38,076 nt of DNA from an uncultured bacterium (GTDB lineage Bacteria; Abyssobacteria; SURF-5), in assembly GCA_964607485.1 (NCBI GenBank), contig CAZSKP010000028.1, forward strand, positions 1-38,076. Reading direction: 5' to 3'. This document shows, in pieces, positions 9,874 to 19,493 of the stretch. The position numbers and the translations under genes are program-made. How positions within the stretch are numbered: position 1 is the stretch's first letter; each line of letters begins with the position of its first letter. Under the pieces are notes generated by a model. The model had not been told where the DNA came from, searched no databases, and was given only the letters and a program-made list of their open reading frames with translations.

Positions 9874-11050
9874 CGCGCAGGGATTGAACTTCCTCCACCG
9901 AGAGACCGAGAAGAGAGGTGAGTATCTCCTCAGTGTGTTGGCCGAGCATCGGAGGCGGCAAGAACTCGCCGTCTCTCATGACCGACGACTTGACGGGATT
10001 TCCCACCGCTTCATATTTTCCTATCTCGGGGTGGTCTATTTCGACTACCATCTTGCGGTGTCGCACCTGGGAATCGTTCAGCGCTTCCTTTATGTTATTC
10101 ACCGGGCTTGAAGGGATGTCGGCCTCGCGCAGTGGTTTCAGCCACTCCGCGGTCGTCCTCTTCGGGAATATCTCATCCAGGATAGCATACAGCTGGGCCT
10201 TGTTCAAAGCGCGGTTGACCAGCGAGTCGAATCGTTCGTCGGTAAGGAAATCCTCGCGTTCGATGATCCTGCAGAAGCTCTCGAAGTGTTTGTCCTGAAA
10301 TGCGACGATCGCAATGTGTCCGTCCTTTGTCTTGAATGCGCGGAACGGCGCGATGAGCGGGTGCATCGCGCCGCGAGCCGACAGGACCTCGCCCGTGGCG
10401 ATGTAGGTCTGCGCGAGATACATCAGCAGAGATATTTGACAATCGAGCAGGCTGATGTCGAGCTTCTGGCCCCGCCCGGTTTTCTCCCGTTGATACAGCG
10501 CCGCCGATATCGCGAACGCTCCAAACATGCCGCCGGCCAGGTCGCCCATCGGCACTCCCATGAGCACCGGGTCGCCGCCCTCCGGGCCGGTGAGGCTCAT
10601 TGTGCCGCCCATTGCCTGAAGGATGAGGTCATAGGCGGGGAGGTCGCGATACGGTCCGTCGTGACCGAACGCCGACACCGAGCAGCAGATTATTTTCGGA
10701 TTATGTTTGGAAAGTACCTCGTACGCGCAACCGAGCTTCTCGAGCGCGGCGGGGCGGAAGTTGTCGTACACGACGTCGGCCTTCTTCACCAGTTCATAGA
10801 AGATGGCGCGACCTTTGTCGGATTTGAGGTTGAGTGTGAAACTCTTCTTGCTGCGGTTAATGCTCAGGAAATAGGCACTGATGCCCCGCAGCGCCGCCTG
10901 TGCAGCGCTCGTGCGGGTGAGGTCGCCGCTTCCGGTCTCCTCGATTTTTATGACTTCGGCTCCGAGGTCGCCGAGCAGCATCGACCCGTACGGACCGGCA
11001 AGCATGCGCGAAAGGTCGAGTATCCTTACTCCTTCGAGAATTTTCTGCAT
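9857..11050 (-). CDS. Family III (CaiB/BaiF) CoA-transferase
   Basis: LEGVRILDLSRMLAGPYG, DLGAEVIKIE, NRSKKS, DNFRP, catalytic GD in PMGDLAGG, PPMLGQHT. Confidence 0.93.
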   Translation of the reverse strand: MQKILEGVRILDLSRMLAGPYGSMLLGDLGAEVIKIEETGSGDLTRTSAAQAALRGISAYFLSINRSKKSFTLNLKSDKGRAIFYELVKKADVVYDNFRPAALEKLGCAYEVLSKHNPKIICCSVSAFGHDGPYRDLPAYDLILQAMGGTMSLTGPEGGDPVLMGVPMGDLAGGMFGAFAISAALYQREKTGRGQKLDISLLDCQISLLMYLAQTYIATGEVLSARGAMHPLIAPFRAFKTKDGHIAIVAFQDKHFESFCRIIEREDFLTDERFDSLVNRALNKAQLYAILDEIFPKRTTAEWLKPLREADIPSSPVNNIKEALNDSQVRHRKMVVEIDHPEIGKYEAVGNPVKSSVMRDGEFLPPPMLGQHTEEILTSLLGLSVEEVQSLRDEGVV

Positions 11051-11062
11051 CTTTCTCCCCTG

Positions 11063-12391
11063 TTACGGACGGCAAAGAGCCGGCAGTCTGCTCACACTCT
11101 TTTGCTTTTCCAAGTTATCCACAAATTTTATGACGGACTCAGCCCTTCCGTCCGGAAGGAGCCTTTCGGCGAACGAGCGAAACTTTTCGATAAGGTCGGC
11201 CTTGCGCCTCTGCTTATCCGCGCTCAACTCGAGCGTGTCAACGCGGCGTCTGAGCTCCCGGCCGTCAGTCGTGCGCACGACCACTTCGGCCTGCGTGAGG
11301 CCGAGGTCATCATCGGCGCGCACCTTTACCTTTTTCGTCAGGCCGGCCAGCCGCTCGCTCAACACTTTCTCGTCCGTAAAGTTTTCTTCGCCGGTCTGAC
11401 CGTGGGCCAGCGCCAACGCCGCGCAATATGCCACGCTGAATTTCCCCTCGAGGCCTGTCCGCGGCTCGGGCTTTCCCGCTATCTCGAGCGTAATGGGCAC
11501 CGTTGAGACGAGCACCTCTTCGATCTCATCCGGCCTCACCTGCTCGCGCAAATCCAAGGCCGCATCTATCGTGGGATGAGTTTCAAAGCAAGAGGCGTGA
11601 CGTTTAAACTGGACGCCCCCGATGGCGTAGTTCTTGCCAAAATCCTGCGCTATCACTTCGGGGTTGGAGTCGGGCGAGAGCACCTTGCAGAATCCGGAGT
11701 CGCCCGCGAGAATATCGTCGGAACAGGTGAATCCCTTCTCGGCAAGCAGCGCAGCAAGAACCCCGTCGGCCGCCGCCTTCCCGGCATGAAACGGCTTTGT
11801 CATGGTTCCGAAGACCTGCCTGAGGCCGGCGGCCTGCGTGCCCGCGAGACCGATGGCGCATGTCATCCTCTCGCTGTCCAGGCCGAGCAGCTTTGCACAC
11901 GCCACCGCGGCGCCGAAACGTCCAATGGTCGATGTCGCATGCCAGCCCTGCTGATAGTGGAACGGCAGCACGGACGAGCCTATCCGACACTCCGCCTCGA
12001 AGCCGAGCACGAACGCAGTCAGAAAGTCGCGCCCGCTTGACTTCCGGGCCTCGGCCAGGGCGAGCAGCGCGGGCATGACGGGAACAGTCGGGTGGCCCAT
12101 CATCAGAAAATGCACGTCGTCGAAGTCGAGCGCATGCGAGGCCGAGCCGTTAATCAATGCAGCGTTCAGTATGGAGCTCTTGCGGACGTGGCCGATGATG
12201 CTCGATTGCTTCTTGCCGCCGAGGTGATCGGTGACCTCGATGAGAATTTTCGTAAGCGGCTCGTTCGCGCCGCCCAGCGTCACTCCGAGCCAGTCGAGCA
12301 GGCACAGCTTCGCCTCGGCAACCGCGTCGGGAGGGATATCGTCGAACCTCGTTCTTTCAATATGTTCACACAGTTCCCGGGTAACGCTCAT
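11063..12391 (-). CDS. MmgE/PrpD family protein
   Basis: NGSASHALDFDD, GWHATS, TMTKPFHAG, FKRHASC, EGKFS; ATG 12391 follows GAAGGGG. Confidence 0.92.
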   Translation of the reverse strand: MSVTRELCEHIERTRFDDIPPDAVAEAKLCLLDWLGVTLGGANEPLTKILIEVTDHLGGKKQSSIIGHVRKSSILNAALINGSASHALDFDDVHFLMMGHPTVPVMPALLALAEARKSSGRDFLTAFVLGFEAECRIGSSVLPFHYQQGWHATSTIGRFGAAVACAKLLGLDSERMTCAIGLAGTQAAGLRQVFGTMTKPFHAGKAAADGVLAALLAEKGFTCSDDILAGDSGFCKVLSPDSNPEVIAQDFGKNYAIGGVQFKRHASCFETHPTIDAALDLREQVRPDEIEEVLVSTVPITLEIAGKPEPRTGLEGKFSVAYCAALALAHGQTGEENFTDEKVLSERLAGLTKKVKVRADDDLGLTQAEVVVRTTDGRELRRRVDTLELSADKQRRKADLIEKFRSFAERLLPDGRAESVIKFVDNLEKQKSVSRLPALCRP

Positions 12392-12407
12392 TGCCTGCCC
12401 CCTTCTG

Positions 12408-13211
12408 TCATTTGCCTTTAAAATCCGCCTTGCGGCGACCGAAGAACGCGCTGACGCCCTCCTGCACATCCTCGCTCAGGAAGCACGTCGCGCTGAGCTC
12501 GTCGAGTTCGGCAACCAAGTCCGCGTTCCGAGCGCGATCGAGCATGCCGTGTCCGAGACAGGCTTGAAGGACGCGCTTGCTGCCCCGGACCGAGAGCGGC
12601 GCGTTCCCGGAAATCTCCCGGGCGATATCGTACGTGAACTTTTCCAGCTCGTCCTTCGGCACGACGTAGTTGGCCAGGCGCACTTCCTTTGCGCGTTGGG
12701 CGTCGAGAGGACGGCCTACAAAAAAGATTTCGCGAGCGATGGAAATGCCCGTGAGGTCGATGACTCGCTGATAGTTCTCATAGTTGAGCATCACGCCCAG
12801 CTTGGCCGAGGGTATGCCCATCTTCGCCGAGTCGGCCAGAACGCGGAGGTCGCACGCGACGGCGAGCTCGCACCCGGCTCCCAGCGCGTAGCCCTGAATC
12901 ATTGCGATCACGGGATTCCTGTGGCGCTCGATGCTCTGAAGTGCGTACTCGATCAAGCCGCCGTATTCGCGCGCCTTTTCGGGACTCGTCCACACCTCGA
13001 ACTCCGAGATGTCGGCTCCCGAGGCAAACGCCTTCTCTCCCGCGCCCCGAATGATGACGCACCTGACATCGTTGTCCTCGTCGAGCGCCTCCATTGTTTC
13101 GGCGAGCCATTTCCACATGACGGAAAGCATGGCATTTTGCTGTTCGGGCCGATTGATTGTGATTGTGGCGACGTAGCCGTCTTGTTCGAGCAGCATGTAG
13201 TTCTCGTTCAC
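12408..13211 (-). CDS. Enoyl-CoA hydratase/isomerase (crotonase) family protein
   Basis: ATITINRPEQQNA, AFASGADI, GYALGAGCELA, EGVSAF; GTG 13211 follows GGAGG. Confidence 0.92.
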   Translation of the reverse strand: MNENYMLLEQDGYVATITINRPEQQNAMLSVMWKWLAETMEALDEDNDVRCVIIRGAGEKAFASGADISEFEVWTSPEKAREYGGLIEYALQSIERHRNPVIAMIQGYALGAGCELAVACDLRVLADSAKMGIPSAKLGVMLNYENYQRVIDLTGISIAREIFFVGRPLDAQRAKEVRLANYVVPKDELEKFTYDIAREISGNAPLSVRGSKRVLQACLGHGMLDRARNADLVAELDELSATCFLSEDVQEGVSAFFGRRKADFKGK

Positions 13212-13350
13212 GTGTACCTCCGGGTCTGTCGCTTGGGGCGCCCAGTTATCGCTTTTCTTCGCGCTTGAAGGAACGCCCGCTTCGATGAAATATTCGCAGA
13301 ATCTTGGCAGGTCAAGCGGCCGCAGCCGGCGTCGATACATCATCCGGATG

Positions 13351-13962
13351 TCAGGCTACGCCCTCGAGAATCCATCTCTCGAGGTCGTGCAACAGCAGGT
13401 CATAGTCGACCCTCTGGGGGTCGAGGTGGCCCATCATCGTGGTTCCCTGACAACAGCCTATCAATATCAGCGCCAGCGCCCTTGAATCCACATCCTCGCG
13501 GAAAACGCCCTCGGCTTTGCCCTGCTCCAGAATATCCACAATACTCCTCTGCCACTCCGCAAATATGCCTCTTATGCGGCCGGCGAACTCCGATTCGGTT
13601 TCCATCATCTCCGCCGTGAGAACGGCCAGCAGAGCGCATCCGTGGAAAATTTCGCCGCGATACATGCGCGTCATGATCTCGACCATCCGCCTCATCCGGG
13701 TTCTGGCATCGGGCTCATGAGCTATCGCGGCGACGACGTTTTCCATCCAAAAATCTTTGGCAAGCTCGAGCACACCGAACCCGAGCTCCTCCTTGCTCTT
13801 GAAATAAAAATAGAATCCGCCTTTCGTGATGGAGGCACTGCGCAGGATTTGAGACAGGGACGTGTTGTGAAAACCGTGCTTGCGAAACAGCTCCATTGCC
13901 GCAAGCAGGATGCGCTCGCGCGTTTTCGGAATAGAAGATTCGGGGGTGGGAAGAGGTTCCAT
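13351..13962 (-). CDS. TetR/AcrR family transcriptional regulator
   Basis: TRERILLAAMELF...GFHNTSLSQI...TKGGFYFYFKSKEEL helix-turn-helix. Start is 13962 or 13968. Confidence 0.93.
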   Translation of the reverse strand: MEPLPTPESSIPKTRERILLAAMELFRKHGFHNTSLSQILRSASITKGGFYFYFKSKEELGFGVLELAKDFWMENVVAAIAHEPDARTRMRRMVEIMTRMYRGEIFHGCALLAVLTAEMMETESEFAGRIRGIFAEWQRSIVDILEQGKAEGVFREDVDSRALALILIGCCQGTTMMGHLDPQRVDYDLLLHDLERWILEGVA

Positions 13963-14058
13963 TCGCATGCGCCTTTGTGCCGGGAATCGTCTCCCCGGTG
14001 TAGAACCAGCCACTGCTGGGAGAGGCGAAAAGCCCGCCACAGACCAAATATAGATGTA

Positions 14059-14087
14059 AATGTATCAAAGCACGCTGTCTTTGTCAA
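14059..14087 (-). promoter_or_regulatory. Sigma-70 promoter for the tetR gene
   Basis: Minus strand TTGACA (14087-14082), 17 nt, TACATT (14064-14059), with an extended TG motif. Confidence 0.65.
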
Positions 14088-14093
14088 GGCCGT

Positions 14094-14122
14094 TTGACAA
14101 ACCGGCACGCACAAAATAGAAT
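14094..14122 (+). promoter_or_regulatory. Sigma-70 promoter for the gene at 14202
   Basis: TTGACA, 17 nt, TAGAAT. Confidence 0.75.
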
Positions 14123-14201
14123 AGTCGGGACCTTGCATCGGAAAAGTCGCAGCCCCGAGGTCCAAGAGAAAACCACACCAACACATGGGGAGGACGATAT
14201 C

Positions 14202-15326
14202 TTGAAAAGGACCGGATTTGTCGCGGCAGCGTTCATTGTGATGCTGATATGCGCAGATGCCTCCGCGGACGCAAACAGGCTGATGTTCTTCGAACCGGCG
14301 CTGGCGCCGACGGACACGATCTTCAGCACGGAACCTTCCGGTTACTCGAAGCTGGCGGACGTGTTGAGGAATAACGGGGTGCTCGTGGCGTCGATGTCGT
14401 CGGGTGAGATCACGCGGCAAAAGCTGTTACCCTACGAAGTGGTCGTCCTTCATCCGAGTCCCGAACGGCCGCTTTGGGAGGGAGAAATATCGGCACTCGT
14501 CTGGTTCGTCGCCCAGAAGGGAGGCGCGCTCTTCGTTCATGGGGGACCCGCCAGAATAGTGAATCCATTGATTGAGATATTCGGTATCTCGCTTGACAAC
14601 AGCAACCTTATCGATACCTCCTCGGCGACGGAGGGGTCTCCGGCCGGCCGTGCGTTTGTCCTATCCCGTTTTCCTCGACGGTCGGATTTCGGACTCGACC
14701 AGATTCAGAGCATTAGTTTTCATGGCGGCCCCCCGCTCGTCCTTTCGCAGGACGCCGTCGCTATCATGACCGGCGACGACGATTGCTATTCCGACAACGG
14801 GCTGTACAGCATAGGGTCTCACCCGCCCGTCGCGGCCGTCGCGTACATGGGGCGGGGCGTCGTTTTGGTCAAGAGTGACCGCGCCATGCTGAACAACGCG
14901 AACATCGAAGCATATCAGAACATGGACTGGGCCAAGGCCGTGTTCAACTGGCTCGCCTCAGTGCGGGCGACAGAGTCGGAGCGGGACCAGAGCCTCTTCG
15001 GACTCCGCTCGCGTGTCACGGAGCTTGAGCAAATGCTCAGCGAGTCCGCCGAGAAGCTGAAGAAGTACGAGGCCGACATGACGGCGAGCTATCAGAGGAT
15101 AAGGAATCTCCAGGAGGAATCGCAGCAACTTCAAAAGACCAATGAGGGTCTGCGCGCGCAATTGAATGCCGTCCAAGCGGATCGCGATAAGCTCAGCGGC
15201 ACGCTTGCGAAGTACCGTAGCCCCGACACGCTCAAGGCGGTTGCAATCGGCGGCGTCATCGTGCTGCTCGTGATATTGCTCATCGGGCTGGTTATCGGAC
15301 GCTGGTCGGTGCGCGGCCGGGCATGA
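14202..15326 (+). CDS. Secreted/membrane-anchored protein: signal peptide, GIFT/DUF4350-like (GATase-like) domain, coiled coil, C-terminal TM helix
   Basis: TTG follows GGGGAGGA; hydrophobic N-terminus with ASA|D cleavage; GYSKLADVLR...YEVVVL..P.....EISALVWFV..GGALFV; heptad region; IGGVIVLLVILLIGLVIGR tail. Confidence 0.7.
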   Translation: MKRTGFVAAAFIVMLICADASADANRLMFFEPALAPTDTIFSTEPSGYSKLADVLRNNGVLVASMSSGEITRQKLLPYEVVVLHPSPERPLWEGEISALVWFVAQKGGALFVHGGPARIVNPLIEIFGISLDNSNLIDTSSATEGSPAGRAFVLSRFPRRSDFGLDQIQSISFHGGPPLVLSQDAVAIMTGDDDCYSDNGLYSIGSHPPVAAVAYMGRGVVLVKSDRAMLNNANIEAYQNMDWAKAVFNWLASVRATESERDQSLFGLRSRVTELEQMLSESAEKLKKYEADMTASYQRIRNLQEESQQLQKTNEGLRAQLNAVQADRDKLSGTLAKYRSPDTLKAVAIGGVIVLLVILLIGLVIGRWSVRGRA

Positions 15327-15398
15327 GGAACAGACGGAAACCCGGCCTTCCCCGAGCCCCGTCTTCCGCAATGTTTCAACGGCGAATTCCGCTGTGAC

Positions 15399-15444
15399 AA
15401 GAAAGCCCCCGAGGCCTTGTCTGCCTCGGGGGCTTTCTTTTTTT
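15399..15444. terminator. Rho-independent terminator between convergent genes, probably bidirectional
   Basis: 17-bp perfect stem AAGAAAGCCCCCGAGGC / GCCTCGGGGGCTTTCTT, 7-nt loop, followed by a T-run. Confidence 0.9.
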
Positions 15445-15463
15445 CCTCAGATTCTGTAACGTA

Positions 15464-17950
15464 TCACCCGACGTCGCTCTGCCGAAGCGCTCGTCTGTGA
15501 TTCACTCTCAGCAGGCCGAGCAGACCGACAAACAGCAGTGCAAAGACAGCGCCTATCAGAAGCTTTTCGAGCGTCGTGGTCACGAGTGCGACGTGCGCAC
15601 ATGCGACGACGGGCGTCAGTCCAATCATGACGGCCTTCCTGACAACGGGCCGAGTCGATATAAACGCTGCCATCGGGGGCGAATACTCGTAGTACAGTCG
15701 AACGAAGGCACGTCCGGGCAGATTCGTGAGCAGATACCGGTCGCGGAACTGTCTGAGCAGTACGACGTCCTGTTCATCCGCCGAGCCGTAGGCCGCAGTC
15801 GCGATGAAGCAACTGCTCCCCCCACCGCCGCCGCCTGCAGGGACCACCCTGATCGTGACCGTGTCGGTAGCCTGATTGCCGCTAAGGTCAGTGACCGTTA
15901 ACTTGACTATATGAGTGGCGCTGCTTTCTCCCCCCAGCGACGCAATGCCGCTGGGAAAAGGCGTCTCGGTGTCGGTCAGAGAAAGCACCCCTAGCCCGGG
16001 AACATCAATCGCCCATTCATAGAGAAGCGGGCTGAAAGAATTTGGATTTCCGCTGCTTATGGAACCATCCAGCCGGAAATCCGCTCCTTCCTCTACCGTC
16101 ATATCGCGGCCTGCATCGGCTACGACATTTCCGGAAGGATCATCACTTTTCCGCACATGAATGGTAAAGGTATCATTCGTAGAACCTATGGATGTACCCG
16201 TATTCGGAAACCTTGCCGTGATGTCGGTCTCATTCAACGGCGGGCTCCAAGAGCCGGAATACACGCCGTCCCCGGCCACAAGGTCAAACGGGCCGGCGCC
16301 GTCGTCCAGCAGCGTCATGTTCTGTCCCCCGATATTGACCACAACGTTTCCGGCCGGATCGGCGCAGTTGATGTGTAGCGCGGAGAGTCGAAGCGGAACG
16401 CTCACGAGAGTGCCGAAGTTATCCTCCGCAAAAATCGCGGTCACGTCATTCCTTTGCGGTATGATGGTAAATAAAATCGTCGTGCCCGTGGGGTCAAGCC
16501 AGGTCTTAGCTTCGCTCGTGCTCGGCCTTATCCGGGCGAGAATCTCGGAATTCGAGCATGTCAAGGCATTGAAAGCATTCAGTCGCCTGCCCGTCATGGT
16601 CTTGGCGACCAGATACTGGTCGAGGTCGCCCGAGGCGAGAATCCGATTTCTGGCCCCGGGCCAGCCGGTGACCGGGTCCACACCGGGGAAGAGGGCATAC
16701 AGCAGGCCGACAACGCCGCTGACATGGGGAGTGGCCATCGAGGTTCCCGACCAGGGCACCTCGAAGTCGCCATACAGCGGGTCTCCGGCGTTTGGGGCCC
16801 ACAGAGTGCTCACGATGTTGACTCCCGGCGCGCCAACGTGAACCGTTCTTCGGCCGGAATTGGAGAAGGAGGCCAACTGATCATTGTCGTCCGTGGCCGC
16901 AACCGAGATCAAGTTCGGCAGCGCATAACTGGACGGATAATGAAACAACGCGTCGTTGTCAAACGCATCATTGCCTGCGGCAGCGATGAACAGGATTCCA
17001 TACGTGCGCAAGTTGTTTATCGCGGTTGCCTCAAACGTAAAATCGGGGAGATATCCCCCATATGACGCGTTCACCGCCACGACCTTCTCGCCACGGTTGG
17101 CCATGTCGGCTACATAGTTCAGCGCTTCGATTTCATCTGCAACCGAGCCTGTACCGGTAGTGCCACTGATGAATTTCAGGGCCATGATCTGGACATTCCA
17201 ATTGACTCCGGCGACGCCCATGGCGTTGTTCCCCACGGCGCCTATCGTACCCGCCACGTGTGTGCCGTGTCCAAAATCGTCCATTGGGTCCGAATCATTG
17301 TTGACGGTGTCTATGCCGAAAATGTCGTCTATGTAGCCGTTGCCGTCGTCGTCAACCCCGGCGACGCCTGTCAGCTCGGCCAGGTTCCTCCACATATTGT
17401 CCACGAGGTCCGGGTGCGTGTAGTCCACGCCCGTATCCACGACGGCGATAATCACGTTGGAGTCGCCGGTCGTGAGGTCCCATGCCTCGGGCGCATCTAT
17501 GTCCGCGTCGATGGTGCCGCCAGTCTGTCCGGTGTTATTCATCCCCCAGAGAAAGCCGAAAAGAGTGTCGTCGGGGACCGTCTGCTTTATCGACCTCAAA
17601 TAGTTCGGCGATACGCTCGCAACCACCGGGTTGCTCTCGTATTGTGCCATCGCGTCGGTCACAGACATCCCGGGGGGCAGCTTCACGAGTTCAATGGCCC
17701 TGCCCAGGTCCTTCATTGTCGTCGCCCCGACCACGGAGTTAGCCTGAATGACCGCGCTTTGCCCTACCGTCGGCCTGAATTGAACCAGCAACTCGCCTTC
17801 TTTATAGAGCGGGGCATCGAGAGGAACTGCAACAATAGAGGGTTTCGCCGCCGCCTCGGATGCCTTGTCTTCACTGCCGGATATAATAACGAAGAAGAAA
17901 ACAGCCAAAAGGGCAACGAATGCCAAAATCATTCCGGTGCGATTTTTCAT
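15464..17950 (-). CDS. S8 (subtilisin-like) serine peptidase with propeptide, Ig/PKD-like domains and CFI-box-CTERM tail
   Basis: Triad [34 protein letters not shown] motif; [17 protein letters not shown]...LRQFRDRYL...YYEYSPP followed by a TM segment; RBS GGAGGA. Confidence 0.93.
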   Translation of the reverse strand: MKNRTGMILAFVALLAVFFFVIISGSEDKASEAAAKPSIVAVPLDAPLYKEGELLVQFRPTVGQSAVIQANSVVGATTMKDLGRAIELVKLPPGMSVTDAMAQYESNPVVASVSPNYLRSIKQTVPDDTLFGFLWGMNNTGQTGGTIDADIDAPEAWDLTTGDSNVIIAVVDTGVDYTHPDLVDNMWRNLAELTGVAGVDDDGNGYIDDIFGIDTVNNDSDPMDDFGHGTHVAGTIGAVGNNAMGVAGVNWNVQIMALKFISGTTGTGSVADEIEALNYVADMANRGEKVVAVNASYGGYLPDFTFEATAINNLRTYGILFIAAAGNDAFDNDALFHYPSSYALPNLISVAATDDNDQLASFSNSGRRTVHVGAPGVNIVSTLWAPNAGDPLYGDFEVPWSGTSMATPHVSGVVGLLYALFPGVDPVTGWPGARNRILASGDLDQYLVAKTMTGRRLNAFNALTCSNSEILARIRPSTSEAKTWLDPTGTTILFTIIPQRNDVTAIFAEDNFGTLVSVPLRLSALHINCADPAGNVVVNIGGQNMTLLDDGAGPFDLVAGDGVYSGSWSPPLNETDITARFPNTGTSIGSTNDTFTIHVRKSDDPSGNVVADAGRDMTVEEGADFRLDGSISSGNPNSFSPLLYEWAIDVPGLGVLSLTDTETPFPSGIASLGGESSATHIVKLTVTDLSGNQATDTVTIRVVPAGGGGGGSSCFIATAAYGSADEQDVVLLRQFRDRYLLTNLPGRAFVRLYYEYSPPMAAFISTRPVVRKAVMIGLTPVVACAHVALVTTTLEKLLIGAVFALLFVGLLGLLRVNHRRALRQSDVG

Positions 17951-18115
17951 CTCTTCCTCCCAAACCTTGTAGCCAATGAGTGACAGACCAAAAACCGGCA
18001 GGAATTCAAGAGAGCTAGAGGGCGCCGCCTCCCTCCCTGAAACACCATCCCTCTGGCGTAAGCCTCAGAAAAAGCGAAACCTTGCAACTGCTCACTCAGT
18101 AAATGGGTTGCGCCG

Positions 18116-18144
18116 ATTATACCTCTACGGAAAACGGTTGTCAA
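18116..18144 (-). promoter_or_regulatory. Perfect-consensus sigma-70 promoter for the S8 peptidase
   Basis: Minus strand TTGACA (18144-18139), 17 nt, TATAAT (18121-18116). Confidence 0.85.
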
Positions 18145-18326
18145 GCTAAAATTGGAACGAAACCGCTTCATGAAAACAACGAGCGACGGCGAGCGCGACC
18201 CTCCTCCAAAATGCAGGGGCGAATTGCCGTAAGGCTATGCGGGGTCGATGGATACCATGATGCGCTGCGTGGCTGCGTCCACAGTCCCATTTATGAGGCA
18301 GCAACTCACTTCTTCCCCCCAAAGCC

Positions 18327-18355
18327 TTGAAATTTGCCCCTCGACCATATATAAT
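18327..18355 (+). promoter_or_regulatory. Sigma-70 promoter heading the cyclase-ilvD-mtnA-deoB-cmk-ispH-recJ run
   Basis: TTGAAA, 17 nt, TATAAT. Confidence 0.75.
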
Positions 18356-18415
18356 TTAGCGAGAAGGGATGGGTTATCTGATCTTCACGATTTTCGCTGA
18401 ACCTCCAATGAAACC

Positions 18416-18757
18416 ATGAAGGCTCCGGACACACGGCAACTTGAACTCGAATGCGGCTCGCCGGACAGGCCGGGGAGAGCGGAACTCACTCGGCCCAGCG
18501 ACGACGAGCTTATGCGTCGCATCGATAAGGTTATCAGTGACACCATCGGCAACGTGCGTCCCTATCTGAACCGCATGGTGAAGGATGTCGAGAGACTGCT
18601 CGAGGGCAGCTTTATCAGAACCCCCAGCTCGAATGTGCTGGACGACATGATAGAAGGGCTGGAGAAGGACATTCGCAAGTTCGTCGATGAGGTAAGGGCG
18701 CTCAAGCGATGGAGCCAGCCTCACCCTCCCGATTCTTCCTCGAATCATCTCCGATAG
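18416..18757 (+). CDS. Hypothetical alpha-helical protein
   Basis: 113-aa ORF with amphipathic charged helices directly behind a strong promoter; no family recognised. Confidence 0.6.
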   Translation: MKAPDTRQLELECGSPDRPGRAELTRPSDDELMRRIDKVISDTIGNVRPYLNRMVKDVERLLEGSFIRTPSSNVLDDMIEGLEKDIRKFVDEVRALKRWSQPHPPDSSSNHLR

Positions 18758-18858
18758 CTGATGGCTCTTTGCGACCGGTGAACCCGAGAACAGGCACGAG
18801 TGAAATCACGTCGCGCTGAGAATGCAGAAGACGGCTTCAGACTATTTCCCGGAGGGTC

Positions 18859-19485
18859 ATGAAGTATCACGACATATCAGTGCCAATCCACGTCGCAATG
18901 CCGGTGTATGAGGGCGACCCGCCTTGTGAGATCACGCTCTTCTCCTCGATAGAGCGAGGCGACATTGCCAATATCTCACGGCTGAACATGGGCGCGCATA
19001 CGGGCACTCACATAGACGCGCCGTTTCACTTTCTCGGTGACGGAAAGGCGGTTCATGAGATTCCGCTCGACAGCCTCATCGGTCCCGCGCTAGTAGTGGA
19101 GATCGCCGAAGCCGACGCGATTTCTCGGGATGCGCTCGTTTCACATCACCTGGAAGGAGAAAAGAGGGTCCTGCTGAAAACCTCGAACTCTTCCTTGTGG
19201 CGCACAGAGGAGTTCCGGAAGAATTTCGTTTACATCGCCGAGGATGCGGCGACATATCTCGTGGACATCGGAGTGAATCTGGTGGGAATCGACTACCTTT
19301 CCGTGGAGCGCTACGGCACGGCAAATCCTCTCACACACCTCACCCTGCTCGGCGCGGGGGTCGTGGTGCTTGAAGGCCTCGACCTCTCCAGAGTAAAGCC
19401 CGGCCGCTACCAGCTCATCTGTCTGCCTTTGCGCATACAAGGCGGAGACGGTTCCCCCTGCCGAGCGGTCCTGGCTGAAGAATAG
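18859..19485 (+). CDS. Cyclase-family metal hydrolase (KynB/arylformamidase-like)
   Basis: HTGTHIDAPFH, VGIDYLS, VLEGLDL, GGDGSPCRA; RBS GGAGG. Confidence 0.92.
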   Translation: MKYHDISVPIHVAMPVYEGDPPCEITLFSSIERGDIANISRLNMGAHTGTHIDAPFHFLGDGKAVHEIPLDSLIGPALVVEIAEADAISRDALVSHHLEGEKRVLLKTSNSSLWRTEEFRKNFVYIAEDAATYLVDIGVNLVGIDYLSVERYGTANPLTHLTLLGAGVVVLEGLDLSRVKPGRYQLICLPLRIQGGDGSPCRAVLAEE

Positions 19486-19493
19486 GAGACTTT

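Noticed and set aside
10286..13268. Long plus-strand ORFs (406 aa and 345 aa) opposite the CoA operon
   Set aside because: Antisense shadows of GC-rich genes with no recognisable motifs.
18103..18330. 75-aa ORF and a TGGAACG sigma-54-like site in the divergent intergenic region
   Set aside because: The ORF overlaps both promoters and has no RBS; GG-GC spacing is 9 rather than 10.
18758..18858. Possible SAM riboswitch upstream of the mtnA-containing run
   Set aside because: No SAM-I core elements or terminator visible.
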